Shown piece by piece: positions 19,395 through 29,564 of a DNA stretch of 64,000 nucleotides. The DNA lies in IMG/VR virus record IMGVR_UViG_3300032242_003291, positions 62,001-126,000 of that record. The stretch is one strand, 5' to 3'. The stretch's first letter is position 1; every line of letters starts with the position of its first letter. The notes below the pieces were generated by a model. It was not told the origin of the DNA. It was given only the letters and a program-made list of their open reading frames with translations, and did no database searches. The position numbers and the translations under genes are program-made.

Positions 19395-20003
19395 ATGCAT
19401 ACAGAACATAATGATAGATGGAATAAAGATAATGGTAACTTCCATCTAGTTGCTAATTACCCATTAACAGAAGATTCTTGGGTTATCGAATTAGGAGGAT
19501 ATAAAGGAGAGTGGACTAATAGAATAGCATCGAACTACAAATCCAACATACTTGTTGTCGAACCAATAAAAGAATTTTGTCAATATATAATTGATTCACA
19601 AGGAACAAATCCAAAAGTAATTATTGAGAATAACGGTATTTCAACTGTAGAAAGAGTCACTCAATTATCTTTTAACGGAGACGCCTCTTCTGAATATCTT
19701 GAACAAACAAATGAAAAAAGAGATGTTACTTGTTATACTTTAGATTATTATATGTCAAAATATAACATTGATAAAGTAGATTTAATGCAAGTCAACATTG
19801 AAGGAGAAGAATATCCTTTATTTGAGCAGTGGATTAATTCTGATATTTTAAAAAAGTTTCAATACATTCAAATACAATTTCATAGAGTTGGTGACAATTA
19901 TGAAGAAAGAAGACAAAATATTCATAGAGGAATGGAAAATTTAGGGTTTGAGTTAAGATGGGATTACGATTATGTTTTTGAGTCTTGGAAAAATAAGAAT
20001 TAG
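19395..20003 (+). CDS. FkbM-family SAM-dependent methyltransferase
   Basis: VIELGGYKG, VVEP, LMQVNIEGEEY, QIQFH. Confidence 0.75.
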   Translation: MHTEHNDRWNKDNGNFHLVANYPLTEDSWVIELGGYKGEWTNRIASNYKSNILVVEPIKEFCQYIIDSQGTNPKVIIENNGISTVERVTQLSFNGDASSEYLEQTNEKRDVTCYTLDYYMSKYNIDKVDLMQVNIEGEEYPLFEQWINSDILKKFQYIQIQFHRVGDNYEERRQNIHRGMENLGFELRWDYDYVFESWKNKN

Positions 20004-20049
20004 GTATAGACATTAATATTGAATATATTAAGTTTATTTTAAAAAAAAT

Positions 20050-20877
20050 ATGAAAAACTTAATATCATGTAATCTAATGGGTGGGCTTGGTAATCAATTA
20101 TTTGAAGCGGCTCATGCATTAGCACAAGGTTGGAAACATAATAGAGAAACTGTGTTCCTTCCACATTCTTGGACACCAGGTCAAGGGAGAGGTGCCGAAA
20201 ATTACGTCAATAATGTATTCAGAAATCTAAAGTTTGTTGACCAAATTGAATCCGCAACAACAGTAAACGAAGGTTCATTTGAATATTCAGAAGTTAATCC
20301 AGTTGAAGAAAATACCTCATTTCACGGATATTTTCAATCAACAAAAAACTGGTTCGGATATGAAGATAAAATAAGAGAAATTTTTCAGGCGCCAGTAGAA
20401 CTTGTGGAAGAGTTTATGGGAAAATATCCCCAACTATCCCAACCTAATACGTTATCACTTCACGTTCGAAGAAGTGAGTATCTTCAGTTCCCTGAAATAC
20501 ACCCTACAATTAGCATAGAATACATTAAAGAGGCTTTAAAAGTTATTGGTGAGTATTCTACTGTTTTTGTTTTTAGTGACGACCATGACTTTGTAAAAGA
20601 TAATCTTAATTTTCCTTCAGTTATTTTTGTTAATGAACCTGAAGATTATAGAGAATTATGGTTAATGGGTTTATGTCAAAACCACATCATATCAAACTCT
20701 ACCTTCTCATGGTGGGGAGTTTTCCTAAACAAAAAATTAAATAAAAAAATAGTTGCACCATCAACTTGGTTTGGACCGAGAGGACCTCAATCAAAAGACA
20801 TCTATGAAGACTATTGGATAACAATACCTACAGAATGGACTGAAGGTGGAATTATAAAACCTACAAACAATGGATAA
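20050..20877 (+). CDS. GT11 alpha-1,2-fucosyltransferase family
   Basis: GGLGNQLF, GYFQS, SLHVRRSEY, FVFSDD, HIISNSTFSWW. Confidence 0.88.
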   Translation: MKNLISCNLMGGLGNQLFEAAHALAQGWKHNRETVFLPHSWTPGQGRGAENYVNNVFRNLKFVDQIESATTVNEGSFEYSEVNPVEENTSFHGYFQSTKNWFGYEDKIREIFQAPVELVEEFMGKYPQLSQPNTLSLHVRRSEYLQFPEIHPTISIEYIKEALKVIGEYSTVFVFSDDHDFVKDNLNFPSVIFVNEPEDYRELWLMGLCQNHIISNSTFSWWGVFLNKKLNKKIVAPSTWFGPRGPQSKDIYEDYWITIPTEWTEGGIIKPTNNG

Positions 20878-21703
20878 AGTAAAAATTAGAAAAGTATCTG
20901 ATTGGTGGGGTGAGTACGATTGCTCATCTAACCGCAACATGCCAAAGTACATTCAATGGCTACCAATAGAAACTCAAGACCCTTACGATGTGAGTGTTTA
21001 TGTTGATAATTACATCAAGGATTGGGGGTTCAATGACCCATCGAGAGAAAAGATTGCTTGGTTATTGGAGTCACCACAAATTAATGAAGGTGTCATCAAA
21101 TATCTTATAGATAATATTGATTTGACAAGAGAACATTTCAAATGGATTTTCACTTGTGTTGATAGTTTATTAGAATTAGGTCCCCCGTTTGTTTACAATA
21201 TTTCTAATGCCGCTCCTTGGATTTGGGAGAAAAATAGAATGATTCACCCCAAAACTAAGTTAGTGTCGATGATTGCATCAAGCAAAGGATGGTTACGTGG
21301 ACATCAGAATAGATTAGAATGGGTTGATAAATTAAAAGATAAAGTTGACTTATTCGGTTCAGGGAGACCTAACCAATTAAACGATAAAGAAGATGGATTG
21401 AAAGATTATATGTTTTCGGTTGCAATTGAAAACGATAACTCAGACACTTACTTCACAGAGAAATTAACTGACTGTTTCGCTATGGGTACAGTACCTGTTT
21501 ATTACGGCTCAAGAAAAGTTATTGAAAAATACTTTGACCCAGCAGGTGTTATTTTTTTAGAAGATGACCCCAAATTAGAAACATTAACGGCAGAAAAATA
21601 TCAATCAATGATGCCAGCAATAGAAAGAAATTTAATTGCGGCAAATAACCTACCTGTATCTGAAGATTATATGTGGGAAAATTATTTAAAAAATTTATTT
21701 TAA
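20870..21703 (+). CDS. GT10 alpha-1,3/4-fucosyltransferase-like
   Basis: SMIASSK, YMFSVAIEN, YFTEKLTDCF..GTVPVYYG. Confidence 0.78.
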   Translation: MDKVKIRKVSDWWGEYDCSSNRNMPKYIQWLPIETQDPYDVSVYVDNYIKDWGFNDPSREKIAWLLESPQINEGVIKYLIDNIDLTREHFKWIFTCVDSLLELGPPFVYNISNAAPWIWEKNRMIHPKTKLVSMIASSKGWLRGHQNRLEWVDKLKDKVDLFGSGRPNQLNDKEDGLKDYMFSVAIENDNSDTYFTEKLTDCFAMGTVPVYYGSRKVIEKYFDPAGVIFLEDDPKLETLTAEKYQSMMPAIERNLIAANNLPVSEDYMWENYLKNLF

Positions 21704-21704
21704 T

Positions 21705-22520
21705 ATGAAATACTTAGTACTAGGGTCGGCAGGCCAAATCGGAGCAGAACTTTGTAAATTCTTGAAGAAAGAAGGACATGAAGTTTTAACCTTTGATGTT
21801 GAAGATGATGCAATGCAAGACTTAAGAATTAAAGGAATGGTCGACTCTCTTGTTAGTCAATCAGACTTTGTGATGTTTTTAGCATTTGACGTTGGTGGTT
21901 CAAGATACTTGAAGAAATACCAACACACATATGATTTTATCGACAACAATGCAAGACTTATGGTTAATACATTTGACGCATTAAAATCATATAGAAAACC
22001 ATTTATTTTTGCATCTTCTCAGATGTCTAACATGTCATATTCCCCTTATGGAATTGCCAAAGCATTGGGCGAATCATACACAAGAGCATTAGGTGGTATC
22101 ACTGTTAAGTTTTGGAACGTTTACGGACCTGAACATGATTTAGAAAAATCTCACGTAATCACTGATTTCATTTTGAAAGCAAAGGATTATGCACACATTA
22201 CAATGATGACCGATGGAACAGAAGAGAGACAATTCCTTCATGCTGAAGATTGTTCAAACGCTCTCATGATTCTTTCTCAAAAATACCGAGAAATAAGTAG
22301 AGATGAAGAATTACACATAACAAACTTTGAATGGAATACAATTTTAGAAGTTGCAGATATTATTAAAGAAAGAATCTCTTGTAAGATAACACCATCTACA
22401 GAAATTGATACGGTACAACTTAACAAAAGAAACGAACCAGACCCTTATATATTAAACTTTTGGCAACCAAAAATTTCACTGAGAGATGGTATAAATAAAA
22501 TCATAGACGAAATGATATGA
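21705..22520 (+). CDS. NAD-dependent sugar-nucleotide epimerase/dehydratase
   Basis: LVLGSAGQIG, FASSQ, YGIAK, NVYG, RQFLHAED. Confidence 0.8.
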   Translation: MKYLVLGSAGQIGAELCKFLKKEGHEVLTFDVEDDAMQDLRIKGMVDSLVSQSDFVMFLAFDVGGSRYLKKYQHTYDFIDNNARLMVNTFDALKSYRKPFIFASSQMSNMSYSPYGIAKALGESYTRALGGITVKFWNVYGPEHDLEKSHVITDFILKAKDYAHITMMTDGTEERQFLHAEDCSNALMILSQKYREISRDEELHITNFEWNTILEVADIIKERISCKITPSTEIDTVQLNKRNEPDPYILNFWQPKISLRDGINKIIDEMI

Positions 22521-23419
22521 GAAAACTAATAACAGGAGGTAATGGATTAGTTGGTTCTTCATTCAAAGAAGGTATAAAAGTTGGGTCTAAAGAATTCAAT
22601 CTTATAAATCCTGAGGAAGTGGATAGAATGATTGAAACACATAACCCTGAAGTTATTATTCATACCGCAGCAAAAGTTGGTGGGATTGGTGGAAATGCCA
22701 AATATCCTGCCGATTATTTCTACGAAAACATAATGATGAATACAAATTTAATTCATAGTGCCTATAAACATAATGTACCAAAATTAGTTTGTTTTTTATC
22801 CACATGTATCTTTCCTGAAAAAGTTGATTATCCATTGGAAGAAGATAAAATCCATTTAAGTCCTCCCCACCCGTTACATTTATCTTACGGATATGCTAAA
22901 CGTATGGCCGAAATACAAATACAAGCTTACAACAAACAACACAACACACATTATTTTTCGGTAATTCCGACAAATATTTACGGACCAAGAGATAACTACG
23001 ATTTAGAACAAGGTCATGTTGTACCTATGTTAATCCATAAATGTTATTTAGCAAAACAAAATAATACAGATTTTGAGGTTTGGGGAACAGGAATTGCACT
23101 AAGAGAATTTATATATTCTGAAGACTTATCGGATATTATTGATATATTAGTTGATAAGTACGAAGGTACCGACCCAATCATTTTATCAAATCCAAAAGAA
23201 TATTCTATAAAAGAAGTGGTTGATTTAATTGTGGAATCAATCGATTTTAAAGGTAACGTTGTTTGGAGAAATGATAAACCAGATGGTCAACTAAAAAAAC
23301 CATCTTCAAACAAAAAACTTGTTAACATTATAGGTGAATATAATTTTACTCCTTTAGAAGAAGGAATAAAAAAATCGGTTGATTGGTTTGTTGAAAATTA
23401 TCCAAATGTCAGAAAATGA
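22517..23419 (+). CDS. fcl: GDP-L-fucose synthase
   Basis: HTAAKVGGIGGN, FLSTCIFP, YGYAKR, PTNIYGPRDN, HVVPMLI, REFIYSED, DGQLKK. Confidence 0.88.
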   Translation: MRKLITGGNGLVGSSFKEGIKVGSKEFNLINPEEVDRMIETHNPEVIIHTAAKVGGIGGNAKYPADYFYENIMMNTNLIHSAYKHNVPKLVCFLSTCIFPEKVDYPLEEDKIHLSPPHPLHLSYGYAKRMAEIQIQAYNKQHNTHYFSVIPTNIYGPRDNYDLEQGHVVPMLIHKCYLAKQNNTDFEVWGTGIALREFIYSEDLSDIIDILVDKYEGTDPIILSNPKEYSIKEVVDLIVESIDFKGNVVWRNDKPDGQLKKPSSNKKLVNIIGEYNFTPLEEGIKKSVDWFVENYPNVRK

Positions 23420-24408
23420 AAAAAGCACTAATAACAGGTATCAATGGACAAGATGGTTCTTATTTAGCAACATTCTTAATGGAAAAGGGTTATGAAGTTC
23501 ATGGAACTATGAAAAGAAATTCTGTATCTGAAAATCAAACTTCAAGACTTAATGAAGTTTTTCCCATACTGAGGGAAAATTTACATTATGCTGACATGAC
23601 AGATATGGCATCTTTAATAAAAATTCTTAACAAAATTCAACCTGATGAGATTTATAATTTAGCCGCTCAATCTCATGTTAGAGTTTCATTCGAACAACCA
23701 ATATATACCGCACAAGCAACAGGATTAGGAGTATTGAATTTACTAGAAGCGGTCAAAGAAATTTGCCCCAAAGCAAAAATTTACCAAGCATCTTCCTCAG
23801 AAATGTTTGGTAATAGTGTTGATGATGATGGATATCAAAGAGAAACCACTCCATTCAAACCAGTTTCACCGTATGGATGTTCCAAAGTATTTGCACACAA
23901 CATTTCTGTAAATTACAGAAATTCATACAATATGTTTATTTCTTGTGGTATTTTATTTAATCACGAATCACCAAGGAGGGGAACCAATTTTGTAACAAAC
24001 AAAGTTGTTAAGGATGCTGTTAAAATCAAATATGGTTTGACTAACGAACTTAGAATGGGTAATTTAGATGCAGCAAGAGATTGGGGTCACGCAATTGACT
24101 ACGTTGAAGCAATGTGGTTAATGTTACAACAAGATGAACCAGAAGATTTTGTTTGTGCAACAGGGGTATCTCATACTGTAAAAGATTTGATTGAATACGT
24201 TTTTAATAAATTAGAACTTGATTGGACAAAATATGTTAAAGTTGATAAAAAATATTTGAGACCTGAAGAACTTAATGTGTTAAAAGGTGATTGTTCTAAG
24301 TTAAAAAAAATTACAGGGTGGGTACCTAAATACACTTTCGAAACTATGATAGATGAAATGATTGAATATTGGATGGAAGAAATAAAACATTATAAAATAG
24401 ATAATTAA
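23416..24408 (+). CDS. gmd: GDP-mannose 4,6-dehydratase
   Basis: ALITGINGQDGSYL, YNLAAQSHV, QASSSEMFG, GILFNHESPRRG, RDWGHA. Confidence 0.93.
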   Translation: MKKALITGINGQDGSYLATFLMEKGYEVHGTMKRNSVSENQTSRLNEVFPILRENLHYADMTDMASLIKILNKIQPDEIYNLAAQSHVRVSFEQPIYTAQATGLGVLNLLEAVKEICPKAKIYQASSSEMFGNSVDDDGYQRETTPFKPVSPYGCSKVFAHNISVNYRNSYNMFISCGILFNHESPRRGTNFVTNKVVKDAVKIKYGLTNELRMGNLDAARDWGHAIDYVEAMWLMLQQDEPEDFVCATGVSHTVKDLIEYVFNKLELDWTKYVKVDKKYLRPEELNVLKGDCSKLKKITGWVPKYTFETMIDEMIEYWMEEIKHYKIDN

Positions 24409-24422
24409 CATTTTTTAATTTA

Positions 24423-25376
24423 ATGAAAGTAATCGCAACAACTACAATCAATCCGCCAACCGACGCTTTGATGAAATACATTAAAATGAAAGATTGGTCT
24501 ATCATAATTGCTGGCGATTTGAAAACTCCACACGAAGATTATTTGAAACTAGAAAAAGAATATTCAAATGTAACTTATTTTTCGCCCGAAGACCAGTTTA
24601 AAAAATACAAACAACTAAGTGAATTAATTGGGTGGAATTGTATTGAGAGACGTAATATGGCAATATTAGAAGCATTGGTTAGAGGTGCAGATGTTGTCGC
24701 ACTTATTGATGACGATAATATTCCTTATGAAGATTGGGGTAAGGATTTATGCGTAGATATTGAAACATCAGTAACAAAATACAATATTGATGATATTGCA
24801 TTTGACCCCATAGGAGCAACCATAGAACATAAAAATCTATGGCATAGAGGGTTTCCATTAGAACGTATTTCTCATAGGGACTACTCAAATAAAGAATCCA
24901 CCACGATAATACCAAAAGTACAAGCTATTTTTTGGAACGGCGACCCAGATGTTGATGCAGTTTGTAGAATGATTTATAATCCAAATTGTAACTTTAGTCC
25001 CAATCAATTTCCAATATCGTCAAATAAAATGGCACCATTCAATTCTCAAAATACTATTTTGAGTAAAGATGTTATTTCTGATTATTTTTTATTTCCACAA
25101 ACAGAAAGAATGCAAGACATATGGGCGGCATATTATTTACAAGCCAAAGGTCATAATGTAATCTTCACAAAGCCAGGTGTTTATAGTGATAGAACTTTGG
25201 GTACTTCTGGTAGATATTCAATTATTAATGATATGAAAAAAGAGTATCTTGGTATGGAAAATAATTTACAATTAATCCGAGATATAACTGAAAACCCTGA
25301 TAACATAAAAAAATATATAAGTGAAAGGTCTTGGAATGCTTTTCAAGAATGGAAAAAAATTATAAACAATTTATAA
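24423..25376 (+). CDS. STELLO/DUF288-like (GT75-related) putative glycosyltransferase
   Basis: IATTTIN, AGDLKTP, RRN, LIDDDN, DPDVDA, PFNSQNT, RMQDIW. Confidence 0.68.
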   Translation: MKVIATTTINPPTDALMKYIKMKDWSIIIAGDLKTPHEDYLKLEKEYSNVTYFSPEDQFKKYKQLSELIGWNCIERRNMAILEALVRGADVVALIDDDNIPYEDWGKDLCVDIETSVTKYNIDDIAFDPIGATIEHKNLWHRGFPLERISHRDYSNKESTTIIPKVQAIFWNGDPDVDAVCRMIYNPNCNFSPNQFPISSNKMAPFNSQNTILSKDVISDYFLFPQTERMQDIWAAYYLQAKGHNVIFTKPGVYSDRTLGTSGRYSIINDMKKEYLGMENNLQLIRDITENPDNIKKYISERSWNAFQEWKKIINNL

Positions 25377-25396
25377 AATAAACTAAAAATATAAAA

Positions 25397-26488
25397 ATGA
25401 AAAAAATAGTAGTACTTGGTGGTGGTGGATTTATTGGTGGTCACTTAGCCAAAAGATTAAAAGATGAAGGTAATCACGTAAGAATATGTGATATTAAAAA
25501 ACACGAATATTTCTTTCAAGACGAAATATGTCATGAATTTATCCAAGCAGATTTAACAGACCCAAAAGTTGTTGAGCTAGTTATTGAAGAAGGTGTTGAT
25601 GAAGTTTACCAATTGGCTGCAGATATGGGTGGAGCACTTTACATTTTTACTGGAGAACATGATGCAGATGTGATGCATAATTCAGCAACCATTAATCTTA
25701 ATGTTGCAAAAGAATGTGTTAAGAAAAAAGTGGGTAAAGTATTTTATTCGTCTTCAGCATGTATGTATCCTGAACACAATCAGTTAGACCCCAACAACCC
25801 AAATTGTGAAGAATCATCCGCATACCCCGCTAATCCAGATTCAGAATATGGGTGGGAGAAATTATTCTCGGAAAGAGTATATCTATCCTTTCACAGAAAC
25901 TATAATTTAAATGTTAGAATAGCAAGATTCCACAATATCTTTGGACCACAAGGTACTTGGAAAGGTGGTAGAGAAAAATCACCAGCAGCAATGTGTAGAA
26001 AGGCAGCAGAATCTAAAGACGGAGATGTTATTGAGGTGTGGGGTAACGGATTACAAACTCGTTCATTCTTATACGTTGATGAATGTGTTGAAGCCGTTCT
26101 AAAGCTAATGAAGTCAGATTTTACAGGTCCTGTAAACATTGGTAGTGAAGAAATGGTCACAATTAATCAATTGGCTAGCATGGCTATTGCAATTTCAGAA
26201 AAAGATATCAAAATAAAGAATATTGAAGGAGATGAATTTGTTCAAAAGTATGGATTCAAATGTCCATTAGGCGTTAAAGGTAGAAATTCTGATAATAAAC
26301 TATATAGAGATAAGATTGGGTGGGAAGTTAGTCAACCTCTTTCTATTGGTCTAAAAAAGACTTACAATTGGATAAAATCACAAGTAGATAGTATTGAAAA
26401 AGAAACTCCTTGGATTTATGAAAGCCCCGATGGAAAAACGGTTTATAAAAGAGAACCAGGAAGTACAGAAAGGATACAAATTAAATAA
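25397..26488 (+). CDS. GDP-mannose 3,5-epimerase-like
   Basis: GGGGFIGGHL, QLAADMGG, FYSSSACMYP, SEYGWEKLFSE, GGREKSPAA.CRK, GVKGRNSDN. Confidence 0.85.
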   Translation: MKKIVVLGGGGFIGGHLAKRLKDEGNHVRICDIKKHEYFFQDEICHEFIQADLTDPKVVELVIEEGVDEVYQLAADMGGALYIFTGEHDADVMHNSATINLNVAKECVKKKVGKVFYSSSACMYPEHNQLDPNNPNCEESSAYPANPDSEYGWEKLFSERVYLSFHRNYNLNVRIARFHNIFGPQGTWKGGREKSPAAMCRKAAESKDGDVIEVWGNGLQTRSFLYVDECVEAVLKLMKSDFTGPVNIGSEEMVTINQLASMAIAISEKDIKIKNIEGDEFVQKYGFKCPLGVKGRNSDNKLYRDKIGWEVSQPLSIGLKKTYNWIKSQVDSIEKETPWIYESPDGKTVYKREPGSTERIQIK

Positions 26489-26494
26489 AATAAT

Positions 26495-26875
26495 ATGATA
26501 TCAATACCTGTTAGTATCGGAGAAATGATTGATAAGTTATCAATACTCCAAGTAAAAAAGACAAAAATAAATGACAATAATAAATTAGAATTAGTCAATA
26601 AAGAGTTTGAGTTATTGTATAATTTCTCTTTAGAGTATCTGAATGATACTGAAATAGAAATCATTTACCATCAACTTGTCGAAGTTAACTCTAGTCTTTG
26701 GGATATCGAAGATAAGTTAAGAGTAATGGAATCCCAACAAAAATTTGATGATGAATTTGTTAAACTAGCTAGAAATGTCTATTTTACGAATGATGAAAGA
26801 TTCAGATTGAAAAACGAAATCAACTCAATCTCTAACTCAGAAATTAAAGAAGTTAAAGATTACGTGAAATACTAA
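26495..26875 (+). CDS. Conserved hypothetical protein often linked to glycosylation loci (DUF6165-like)
   Basis: IPVSIGEMIDKLSILQVK, VNSSLWDIED, LARNVY..NDERF.LK. Confidence 0.6.
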   Translation: MISIPVSIGEMIDKLSILQVKKTKINDNNKLELVNKEFELLYNFSLEYLNDTEIEIIYHQLVEVNSSLWDIEDKLRVMESQQKFDDEFVKLARNVYFTNDERFRLKNEINSISNSEIKEVKDYVKY

Positions 26876-26892
26876 ACCACAAAAAAAATTTA

Positions 26893-27630
26893 ATGGGTAA
26901 ACAAACAAGAAGAAGTAGTCCGACACCAACTCCAAACGATGAGTGGGTAAGTCCAAAAACAAAAAAACAAATAATTTGTTCACTTGTAAAGAAGAAAACT
27001 AAAGAAAAATTTTTATCAGAAAGTCAAAGAGATTATTACAATTTATTATCAAAAAACCAAATAACAATTTGCTCAGGTCCTGCTGGTGTGGGTAAAAGTT
27101 ATATTGCAATGAAATGTGCAGTTGATTTATTGGTAGACCCTGACACACCTTATGAAAAAATTATTATTGTAAGGCCAGCGGTCGAAGCTGAAGAAAAACT
27201 TGGAAGTCTTCCTGGGGGTGTTGAAGAAAAATTAGACCCATACATTTTCCCATCTTATTATCTTTTGAATAAAATTATCGGAAAGGATGTTAGGGAAAAA
27301 TTAAAAGATGCTGAAGCTATTGAAGTGTTTGCACTAGCATATATGAGGGGTATGAATATTGATAATTCAATATTAATATTTGAAGAGGCTCAGAATTCAA
27401 CTCCAAGTCAAATGAAACTTTTATTAACAAGAATTGGATTTAATTCTAAGTTTTTTATTTCGGGTGATTTGGAACAATTTGATAGACATAAAGATAAAAC
27501 ACAGACAGGTCTTTGGGATTCATTACAAAAGTTTCAGAACATGGACGATGTTGGTGTTTTTGAATTTAAACCTGAAGATATTGTTAGAAATCCTTTGATT
27601 TCAAAAATATTAAAAAGATATGAAGAATGA
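26893..27630 (+). CDS. phoH: PhoH-family ATPase
   Basis: GPAGVGKS, IVRPAVE, LGSLPG, YMRG, EEAQN, LTRIG, GDLEQ.D, VRNPL. Confidence 0.92.
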   Translation: MGKQTRRSSPTPTPNDEWVSPKTKKQIICSLVKKKTKEKFLSESQRDYYNLLSKNQITICSGPAGVGKSYIAMKCAVDLLVDPDTPYEKIIIVRPAVEAEEKLGSLPGGVEEKLDPYIFPSYYLLNKIIGKDVREKLKDAEAIEVFALAYMRGMNIDNSILIFEEAQNSTPSQMKLLLTRIGFNSKFFISGDLEQFDRHKDKTQTGLWDSLQKFQNMDDVGVFEFKPEDIVRNPLISKILKRYEE

Positions 27631-28238
27631 AAATAGGGATTGAAATAAATGGGGTGTTAAGAGATACGTTAAAGAAAGTCCAACAAGAGTATGAGAAATG
27701 GTACCTAAATGAAAATCTTAAAGAACTTAAATTAATTGAAAACGACCCTGAAGTTGAAAGAAAAATAATTTCCGATGTAACATCTTTAGAATTATCAAAA
27801 CACTTGTCGTTCAAAAATAATGACGAAGTCTACGATTTTTTATATAAGGAACACACAATGGAAATATTTGGTCATGCTGGTTCGGTAGAATATAGTAGTA
27901 TGAATGATTTGAATGACTTCTACTTTGAGACTAGAGATAACCATGACATTTTAATTGTTTCTGATGAAATAGGAAAATCAAAACCAGCGTCTTTATTTTT
28001 CTTAGCTAAGTTTGGATGTTTGATAGAAACTATAAAATTTTATAGCGAAATTACAATAAATTCGATGTGGGACTCAGTAGACGTTTTACTTACAGCAAAT
28101 CCTAATCTATTATTAACACACCCAACAAATAAATTAGTTATTAAATTTAATACTGAATATAATTCACATATTGAATCTGAACATTCGATATCAAGTATTA
28201 AAGAACTAACAAACAAAATAAAAGAAATTTATGATTAG
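27627..28238 (+). CDS. HAD/5'(3')-nucleotidase-like protein with degenerate motif I
   Basis: MKIGIEINGVLRD replaces the usual IGIDIDGVL. Confidence 0.5.
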   Translation: MKIGIEINGVLRDTLKKVQQEYEKWYLNENLKELKLIENDPEVERKIISDVTSLELSKHLSFKNNDEVYDFLYKEHTMEIFGHAGSVEYSSMNDLNDFYFETRDNHDILIVSDEIGKSKPASLFFLAKFGCLIETIKFYSEITINSMWDSVDVLLTANPNLLLTHPTNKLVIKFNTEYNSHIESEHSISSIKELTNKIKEIYD

Positions 28239-28509
28239 TGTTTTAGGAGAAAATTATTACATCGACTTAGATGTAATTGAAAAATATTTGGATATGAGTG
28301 ATTCTGAGCCAATTGAACCTGTGTCAGGTTCTACTGAAATGAGAATCAACATCATAAAATTTGAAATGGTAAAAATGTTACTTGAAACTGTTCTTAGTGA
28401 ATCTTTCGGTGAAGATGAAAAATTAGGAATGAAAAATTCGGCAACATCAATACCATTCAGGATAGCATTTAACAGTTTATTAAATAAAAAATTAATCAAT
28501 CACTACTAA
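28231..28509 (+). CDS. Hypothetical phage protein
   Basis: 92-aa ORF in the operon. Confidence 0.6.
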   Translation: MISVLGENYYIDLDVIEKYLDMSDSEPIEPVSGSTEMRINIIKFEMVKMLLETVLSESFGEDEKLGMKNSATSIPFRIAFNSLLNKKLINHY

Positions 28510-28510
28510 T

Positions 28511-29563
28511 ATGGAAAATTCATTAAAAGACAAAGTATTAAAGTCCATCGAGATATTAAAAGACAAACAAGCTAGATTATATTTCTTAGTTCAAGACACT
28601 AAGGGAAATGCAAAAGCTTCTGTTAGATTTATATATCAAGTGGCAAAAACATTAAAGGAAAATGGTTTCAATCCCATTCTACTACACGAAAAGAAAGACT
28701 ATGCAGGGGTTGCCGCATGGTTAGATGAGGAATATATGAAATTACCTCACAGAGTAATCGAAGGTCAAAATTTAGAAATTTCACCAGAAGATTTTTTAAT
28801 TATCCCTGAGATTTTTGCGTTTATGATGGACCAAGTGAAACAACTACCTTGTGCAAAAATTGTGTTAGCACAATCTTATGCATATATTGTTGAAACTTTA
28901 CAACCAGGTCAAAACTGGGCACAATATGGTTTTTTTAAATGTATCACAACAACAAACAATCAAAAAGAATATATTGAAAAGGTAATGAGACAATCAAGTT
29001 TTGATATAATTAAACCGTATATAACTGAAAGTTTTTACCCTAAATCGGTACCCCCGATGCCAATTATTGGTGTTCACACAAAAGAGCAAAGCGATGCTGT
29101 TAACATTATCAAAACATTTTATTTGAAATTTCCACAATATAGATGGTTCACTTTCAGAGATTTGAGAGGTCTCTCAGAAAGGGAATTTTCAAATTCACTA
29201 AGAGACTGTTTTGTAAGTGTTTGGATTGATGATGAAAGTGGATTTGGTACTTTTCCGTTAGAATCTATGAAATCTAATGTACCTGTAATTGGTAAGATAC
29301 CAAACTTAAAAGCTGAGTGGATGACTGAAGAAAATGGAATTTGGATTACTGACAAAACACTATTTGCTGATGTTATTGCAGACTTTATACAAAATTGGTT
29401 AGAGGATAATATCAAACCTGAACTTTATGACGAAATGAAGAAAACAGTCGAACCTTATACTAATAAACAAGAATTTGATAATTCTGTTGTTAACTTATTT
29501 AGTAGTTACTTAGAAAACAGAGGAAAATCATTTGAAGAACAATTAAACAAAACCGAAGAATAA
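28511..29563 (+). CDS. GT4-like (GT-B) glycosyltransferase
   Basis: DFLIIPE, FVSVWID..SGFGTFPLESM, VPVIG. Confidence 0.7.
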   Translation: MENSLKDKVLKSIEILKDKQARLYFLVQDTKGNAKASVRFIYQVAKTLKENGFNPILLHEKKDYAGVAAWLDEEYMKLPHRVIEGQNLEISPEDFLIIPEIFAFMMDQVKQLPCAKIVLAQSYAYIVETLQPGQNWAQYGFFKCITTTNNQKEYIEKVMRQSSFDIIKPYITESFYPKSVPPMPIIGVHTKEQSDAVNIIKTFYLKFPQYRWFTFRDLRGLSEREFSNSLRDCFVSVWIDDESGFGTFPLESMKSNVPVIGKIPNLKAEWMTEENGIWITDKTLFADVIADFIQNWLEDNIKPELYDEMKKTVEPYTNKQEFDNSVVNLFSSYLENRGKSFEEQLNKTEE

Positions 29564-29564
29564 C

